Below, in pieces: positions 26,415 through 31,129 of a stretch of 31,129 nt of DNA. Origin of the DNA: Stellaceae bacterium (GTDB lineage Bacteria; Pseudomonadota; Alphaproteobacteria; ATCC43930; CGMCC-115725); NCBI GenBank assembly GCA_046706015.1, contig JBJKPV010000123.1, forward strand, positions 1 to 31,129, given 5' to 3'. Position 1 is the first letter of the stretch. Each line of letters opens with the position of its first letter. The notes beneath the pieces are model-generated. The model searched no databases. It had not been told where the DNA came from and saw only the letters and a list, made by a program, of their open reading frames with translations. The position numbers and the translations under genes were made by a program.

Positions 26415-27037
26415 CCCTCGTCGATGCCTTGCGCACGGCCAAACGCACCGCTTTGCGCAACGCAAAGCGTGTCGGAAAGCCGTTCGGCTACAGTGAGGTC
26501 AATTGGCTGCGCGTGCGGCAGATAGAGCGCTGGCAGGAATTTCTCGGCCGGCAGGCCCCGCTCGGCGACGGGCTGGAAATCTCGCCGGGCTGGAACGAGA
26601 TGTGGCGCCGCCTTCCTTGGCGCGTCTATGAGACGGTCGATTATCCCGATTTCGACATTTGCCGCGAGCGGCTCGATCGGCGCTTCCATATCGTCATCGC
26701 CGATCAAGTGCTGGAGCACGTCGCCGACCCGCGCGGCGCGGTCGCCAATATACGGGCGATGCTGCAGCCCGGCGGCTACGCGTTAATCGCGGCACCGTTT
26801 CTCTTTCGCGTCCACGCGAGGCCTCACGACTACTATCGCTGGACCGAGCTGGGCCTGAAGACGCTCTGTCGCGACGCCGGCTTCGACACCGCCGCGATCG
26901 CAGTCGAATCCTGGGGCAACAAGGCCTGCGTCAAGGCGCATCTCGGCGGTCCGGTGCGCGATTACGGCTTCGGCCGCGATTTGAGCAACGATCCGGAATA
27001 TCCGGTCATGGTCTGGGCATTTGCGCGGAACCTATGA
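26411..27037 (+). CDS. Class I SAM-dependent methyltransferase-like protein (Methyltransf_11 type)
   Basis: GTGA overlap with the PRT-HAD gene. FHIVIADQVLEHVADP...LQPGGY and PHDYYRWT. Motif I is degenerate (LEISPG). Confidence 0.75.
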   Translation: MTLVDALRTAKRTALRNAKRVGKPFGYSEVNWLRVRQIERWQEFLGRQAPLGDGLEISPGWNEMWRRLPWRVYETVDYPDFDICRERLDRRFHIVIADQVLEHVADPRGAVANIRAMLQPGGYALIAAPFLFRVHARPHDYYRWTELGLKTLCRDAGFDTAAIAVESWGNKACVKAHLGGPVRDYGFGRDLSNDPEYPVMVWAFARNL

Positions 27038-27053
27038 TATCCCGGCTGGCTCC

Positions 27054-27776
27054 TCAGCCCATGGCGGCTTCGGCGCGCGTGTCTTGCAGGATCTCGGCGA
27101 CCGCCTCGGGGCCGGCGGCGATGCGAAGATGAGGCAGGTCGCGTTCGAGCGTCGCCTGGTCGCGTGCCGTGCCGAACCAGACGACGGTCTCGCATAAGCT
27201 CATGAGCGGCAGATCGTCGCGATGATCGGTGAAGACGATCCGCGGCCGCTCGTGCCAGCCGAGGCCGGCAAGGAATTGCATCACGGCATCCCGCTTCTGC
27301 GCGCCGGCATTGCTCGGCTCGCTCGGCGCGCGCTGTCGCTTTGTCGCCAGCACATGTGCGAATCCCAAGGCGCGGCCCAAGCCCTCGGCATAATCCGCGA
27401 CCGCTGCCGTCGCGAGCACGGTATCGATCGACCCGGTCGCGATCGCCGCGAGCGCCGGCGCCATTTCCGGGCGCACCGCGCGCAAGAGCTGGCCGATCAA
27501 TAATTGTTCGGCGGCACCGCGATCGCCCGCCGTTGCCGCCTGCCAACGGTGCTGCAGGCGTCGCTTGAAATCCTCATGGCCGATCAAGCCGGTTTTGCGC
27601 AGGGCCAAGAGAAGAAGCGTCGCCGCGACGGCGCGCGTTCGCTGCGCGGGGCGGAGCTGCGCGAACGGCGCGCGCAGCATGAAGCGGACCCAGCAGGGAA
27701 AGCTGTTGACGGCGAGTATGGTGCCGTCGAGGTCGAAGATCAGGACGGGGTCGCGTTCAGCGCGTCGAGCGACCAT
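27054..27776 (-). CDS. HAD-superfamily (subfamily IB-like) phosphatase
   Basis: Motif I LIFDLDGTI, motif II VLATAA, Lys in GAQKR and motif IV FTDHRDDLPL. The start is 27776 or 27788, overlapping the PRTase gene end. Confidence 0.85.
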   Translation of the reverse strand: MVARRAERDPVLIFDLDGTILAVNSFPCWVRFMLRAPFAQLRPAQRTRAVAATLLLLALRKTGLIGHEDFKRRLQHRWQAATAGDRGAAEQLLIGQLLRAVRPEMAPALAAIATGSIDTVLATAAVADYAEGLGRALGFAHVLATKRQRAPSEPSNAGAQKRDAVMQFLAGLGWHERPRIVFTDHRDDLPLMSLCETVVWFGTARDQATLERDLPHLRIAAGPEAVAEILQDTRAEAAMG

Positions 27777-28360
27777 GGGAAGCGGCATAATTGACCTTGA
27801 TAGAGCGCATAATCCGGCTGAATGAGTGGCTCTTCCGTCGTCACGGTGATGACCGCGGAGCGCAGCAGGGTCGCGTGCGGCAGGCGCGCGCGGACGGTCT
27901 CGCAAACCTGCAGCAACGTGGCGCCGCTATCGACCGCGTCATCGACGACGAGCGCCAGGCTTTCGCCCGCGGACGCTCTCGCCCAAGCATCGAGCGTCGC
28001 GAGCTCGGCCTCGTCGAAGCGATGCGGAACGGCAGGCCGCGCCGGCGGCTTGCGCGTCAGCATCGCGTGCTCTATCACGCGGAGGCGATCGACGACCGGA
28101 CGCGGCAGGTGCCCGATCACTTCGCTCACCACGGCGGCGCGAGCCTTGTGCGCGGTCGACGGCCGGCGGCAGGTCATGGCGATGACCGGCAGGTTCGATC
28201 TGTCTTCCCGCGCCATCGCCTCGGCGACGATCAGCCCGCCCGTCCTGATGCCAATGAGAAGATCGGGACGTCGGTCGCGCGCGACCAGCTCCATGAGCGC
28301 GCCACAAGCGTCGGCGAAGCCGCGCTTATCGAAGCTGATCACGCCCCTCGGACGCTTCAT
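27740..28360 (-). CDS. Stand-alone type I phosphoribosyltransferase
   Basis: ATGA overlap with wzy. PDLLIGIRTGG, PRPP loop LVVDDAVDSGATL, AVITVT and C-terminal PDYALY...CRFPWS. Confidence 0.88.
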   Translation of the reverse strand: MKRPRGVISFDKRGFADACGALMELVARDRRPDLLIGIRTGGLIVAEAMAREDRSNLPVIAMTCRRPSTAHKARAAVVSEVIGHLPRPVVDRLRVIEHAMLTRKPPARPAVPHRFDEAELATLDAWARASAGESLALVVDDAVDSGATLLQVCETVRARLPHATLLRSAVITVTTEEPLIQPDYALYQGQLCRFPWSLDALNATPS

Positions 28361-29727
28361 CGCAAGGCCGCCATGCGGCTTGCACGCAACGGCATGTCGA
28401 TCCGCCCGCGCGTCTCGCAGACCAAGGCGCCCAGCGCGGCGCCAAGAAAGAGGGCTGCGGCTTGGTCTTCGAGCACGGAGAGCACCGTCCCATAGCCGAA
28501 GACGAAGGCGATAATCGCGACCGCGGTTGCAGCGCGCTCCTGCGATCCGGAAATCGGCCGGAACACGAGCCAGAGGATCGCGGTCAGGTAGAAGAGCGCG
28601 AAAACGCCGAAATAGGCGTAGAGGAGGATGAAGATATTGTCGGCCGGGTTGAAGCTGTCGATCGCATAAAGCCGCTGCGGTCCGCCGATGCCACCGAGGC
28701 CGACGCCGAAGAACAGCATTTGATGCCGCGTGATCCAGCGCCAGGCCTCGGGCCAAGTATAATCCATGCGCAGATAGAGCGATGCTGTGCTGAAGACGCC
28801 GCTGCCGTGCTCCATGTGTAGATCCATGATCAAAAACGGCAAACCGACGGCGGCGATCATGAAACCGGCGCAGCTAAGCCGAAGCCAGCGCAGGCGGTGC
28901 GCGGCCGGGAACAGCAAGATGGCGGCGATGGGCAGAAAGGCGACGAGCGCGCCCTTTTGCGTCGTGAGCAGAACGGCACCGACGGATACGAGCAGCAGCG
29001 CGGCGCGCCACAACCAACGCTGGATGCGCGCGAGCAGCACGATTGCAAGCGGCGGGACGAGGGCGGCGACCGAGATCGAACTGCGCGTGAAGCCGGCGAC
29101 GCGGCGGGCGAATTCGTTTTGAACGTCCCAATTCTTCGACACGTCGACATTGAGGTCGCCGACCACGGTCTTGATCCCGGTCCAGGGAAAGGTCAGCACG
29201 AATTTGTCGAGCCCGATGCCGACCATCGTGATCAGCCAGACCGCCAACAGGAAGGCGAAGACGCGGTCGCCGGGGCGCAACAGCAACGAGGCGACGAAAT
29301 AGCCGAAGAGCAGGTTGACCAGGACCTTCACGCCGTAGGCGACGCCGGCGACACTGCCGATCGTCCCCATCAAGACGAGTCCGTGAAAGGCGATCAGTGC
29401 CCCGAATAGCGCAAAAGCCGGGTGAAGGCGCAGGCGCATCGCCTGCGCCGCCACGAGCAGGGCGAGCGGGACGAGGATCAGCGCGTCGCGCAGGAGGATG
29501 AAATTGTCTTTTCCCGATAAATAAAGCCCATAGCGAATCGGTGCCTCGAGCGCGTAGATCCCGAGATAGACGAGGCTGGACAAGAGGAAGACCTTGCCCA
29601 TCCGTGCGCTGTCGATGTTGCTGAGACCGTCGAGCGCCGCACTGACGGGCAGCGGCCGGCCTTGCACGGCACCACTACCCATGCGCCGCGGCCGCGCGCG
29701 ATCGTTCGCGATCTCGGTTTGAGCCAT
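28357..29727 (-). CDS. Wzy polymerase / O-antigen-ligase-like membrane protein (Wzy_C)
   Basis: About 12 TM segments, RVAGFTRSS loop, and a late periplasmic loop followed by FGVGLGGIG and ADNIFILLYAYFGV. It sits in a Wzx-containing locus that has no other polymerase. Confidence 0.75.
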   Translation of the reverse strand: MAQTEIANDRARPRRMGSGAVQGRPLPVSAALDGLSNIDSARMGKVFLLSSLVYLGIYALEAPIRYGLYLSGKDNFILLRDALILVPLALLVAAQAMRLRLHPAFALFGALIAFHGLVLMGTIGSVAGVAYGVKVLVNLLFGYFVASLLLRPGDRVFAFLLAVWLITMVGIGLDKFVLTFPWTGIKTVVGDLNVDVSKNWDVQNEFARRVAGFTRSSISVAALVPPLAIVLLARIQRWLWRAALLLVSVGAVLLTTQKGALVAFLPIAAILLFPAAHRLRWLRLSCAGFMIAAVGLPFLIMDLHMEHGSGVFSTASLYLRMDYTWPEAWRWITRHQMLFFGVGLGGIGGPQRLYAIDSFNPADNIFILLYAYFGVFALFYLTAILWLVFRPISGSQERAATAVAIIAFVFGYGTVLSVLEDQAAALFLGAALGALVCETRGRIDMPLRASRMAALR

Positions 29728-29942
29728 GCACTATCACGATAGGAGGAGACCCGACGGCCGCAACCTTGCGCGCCGTGACCAATATGTGGCTCGGCTTCGC
29801 GATGGTCGGCTGCGCTGTGGAGGCGCCTGCCACAGTTTTGCCCAACTGGCATGGAGGCGTGGCGATGCGCCGGGAGGGCGTCGATTGGGGCGCGCCGCCC
29901 TTCCAGGTGGTTTGCGCCGACTGCGTCAACCTGTCTCGCCGG

Positions 29943-29970
29943 ATAACCGGTTCTTAACCGGATTCGTTAA
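29943..29970. promoter_or_regulatory. CtrA-like box (ATAA-N7-TTAAC) plus an extra TTAA half-site
   Basis: GG ATAA CCGGTTC TTAAC CGGATTCG TTAA. This is an AT-rich island in the divergent intergenic region between wzy and the next gene. TAACCGG is repeated with 11 nt periodicity. Confidence 0.4.
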
Positions 29971-30172
29971 AAATCGAGGCAACGGCCCGCCTCCCGCGTG
30001 GCATCGCAGGAAGGGCGGGCGCGATGTCGCAGCGCGGCCCCGGCCGTTCACAGAAGGCATATCGAGATGAACCCGCCTGTCCCGATCGCGGTGCTTTCCT
30101 CCGCCCCGGTCATGGACGGGCGCCGCCGCGATCAAGCGCCGAGAGCGGACCGTCGACAGGCCGGGGACTGAG

Positions 30173-30754
30173 ATGATGCGGTTAGCGGGCGGAAGCGCGA
30201 CAGCCAGCGCGCGCACTTTCGAGATCCAAAGAAACGCGGGCGGCCGCTGGATGCTCGATACGGTCGCCGACGACAAGCAGATCGCGATCAACCTCGCCAA
30301 TGCGCTGTTGCGCAGCGGCCGCGCGCCCACGGGCGTGCAGGTGGTCGCCGTGATGGAAACGGATGTCGGACGCTTCAAGGAAGTGCAGGTTTATCGCGCG
30401 ACGCCGGAAGATCAGCTCGACCGCGATGCCGCCCCGCCGCGGCGCGTCGCTCGGCCGAGCGCGAAAATGCGGATCGATCGCACCCGTCACGAGATCGCGC
30501 GCGATGCGCGCTCACAGCCCAATCAGACGACTTCGCCGCAGCTGGCCGCCGCCGTCAAGGCGCGCGCGGCGGCCGTGCGGCGCACGCGCGTCGCGACTTT
30601 GACGTTGATCGGGGTTGCGATCGTCTGGTGCTCGATCTTCTATCTCTGGCGTCAGCCGCAAACGCCCTGGGCCTTTGATTCGTCCGCGGCGCAGCACGAA
30701 AGCGCCCAGCCCAACAGCTTCGAGTCGAAGTTCCGCAACATCTTTTCGCACTAG
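30173..30754 (+). CDS. Hypothetical protein with a soluble N-terminal domain, basic linker and one C-terminal TM helix
   Basis: Ordered-looking N-terminus (FEIQRNAGGRWMLD...AINLANALL...VQVVAV) and TM segment TLTLIGVAIVWCSIFYLW. Codon usage looks like that of neighbouring genes. Confidence 0.65.
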   Translation: MMRLAGGSATASARTFEIQRNAGGRWMLDTVADDKQIAINLANALLRSGRAPTGVQVVAVMETDVGRFKEVQVYRATPEDQLDRDAAPPRRVARPSAKMRIDRTRHEIARDARSQPNQTTSPQLAAAVKARAAAVRRTRVATLTLIGVAIVWCSIFYLWRQPQTPWAFDSSAAQHESAQPNSFESKFRNIFSH

Positions 30755-30916
30755 TGTCGGGGTTTCGAAGTTCGCACCGCCGCCGATATCGGCACCGGGC
30801 GAATTTCGGAATCGGGGCACGAGCCTCGGCGCGGCATCGCAGCGCGCATTAACGCTTTCGTAGCGATGATGCGCTGAGATTAACCACGTTCTCCGCCAGC
30901 TTCGGCACGGCAAGGG

Positions 30917-31129
30917 ATGGTGATCATGGCTCGACGCTTGGGGAAACCGGTGCGCTCCTTCTTCGCCGCGGCGCTCTTTGCGGGCTTTGGCCTCGTCGCC
31001 GGCGCGCAGCCGGCGGCGGCGGATCCCGGCCTCTGGGTGGCGAAGGGCCCGCACGCCACGGTCTATCTCTTCGGCACGATTCATGTGCTGCGCAAGGGTC
31101 AGAGCTGGAAGTCGCCCGCCGTCGCCGCA
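30917..31129 (+). CDS. TraB/GumN family protein, 3' end outside the window
   Basis: Manual translation: MVIMARRLGKPVRSFFAAALFAGFGLVAGAQPAAA-DPGLWVAKGPHATVYLFGTIHVLRKG. This is a signal peptide plus the P.LW...YLFGTIH hallmark. Confidence 0.88.
   Translation, partial: MVIMARRLGKPVRSFFAAALFAGFGLVAGAQPAAADPGLWVAKGPHATVYLFGTIHVLRKGQSWKSPAVAA

Noticed and set aside
27740-27905. Programmed -1 frameshift fusing the split PRTase and HAD, which would mirror the fused gene
   Set aside because: The frames are compatible, but I see no slippery heptamer or stimulatory hairpin in the overlap, and the HAD has its own ATGs. Treated as a simple gene overlap.
29766-29957. 63 aa ORF with a VGC pseudo-lipobox and CxxC in the wzy upstream region
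   Set aside because: It has no convincing SD or signal peptide, and it overlaps the likely promoter region and CtrA-like site.
30846-30883. Two TTAAC half-sites upstream of the TraB/GumN gene
   Set aside because: They are too far apart for the TTAA-N7-TTAAC geometry. Isolated half-sites are weak evidence.
1-31129. CRISPR arrays, IS elements, integrases, rRNA
   Set aside because: No regularly spaced repeats, terminal inverted repeats, transposase or recombinase motifs, or rRNA-like sequence were seen. The EPS locus has no obvious compositional break from its flanks.

Overview
High-GC bacterial chromosomal window, most likely an alphaproteobacterium (inferred from TAXI-TRAP genes, a TraB/GumN gene, small alphaproteobacterial-type proteins and FixK/CtrA-like boxes). 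Left arm (1-10.4 kb): a partial WecA/MraY-family transferase, two lipoproteins, a SAM methyltransferase, a TAXI-TRAP transporter, two tiny ORFs behind a perfect FNR/FixK box, tRNA-Thr(UGU), and divergent opgD and opgH periplasmic glucan genes. Middle and right (10.7-29.7 kb): a roughly 19 kb Wzx/Wzy-type exopolysaccharide or capsule locus in four alternating-strand blocks, with priming transferase, Wza, Wzc-type copolymerase, Wzx and Wzy. Its accessory content is unusual. It has a catalytically degenerate BY-kinase-like domain fused to a GT4, an AT3 acyltransferase fused to a GT4, and two separate phosphoribosyltransferase + HAD phosphatase sets (one fused, one split) that suggest PRPP-dependent ribofuranosylation. 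It also has an HTTM-like membrane protein coupled to a DCC thiol-disulfide oxidoreductase, a secreted 8-Cys tandem-repeat microprotein coupled to the flippase, a secreted double beta-helix glycanase-like protein and a methyltransferase. No integrase, transposase, CRISPR array or nucleotide-sugar synthesis gene was seen. All family assignments come from motif recognition by eye, not database searches.
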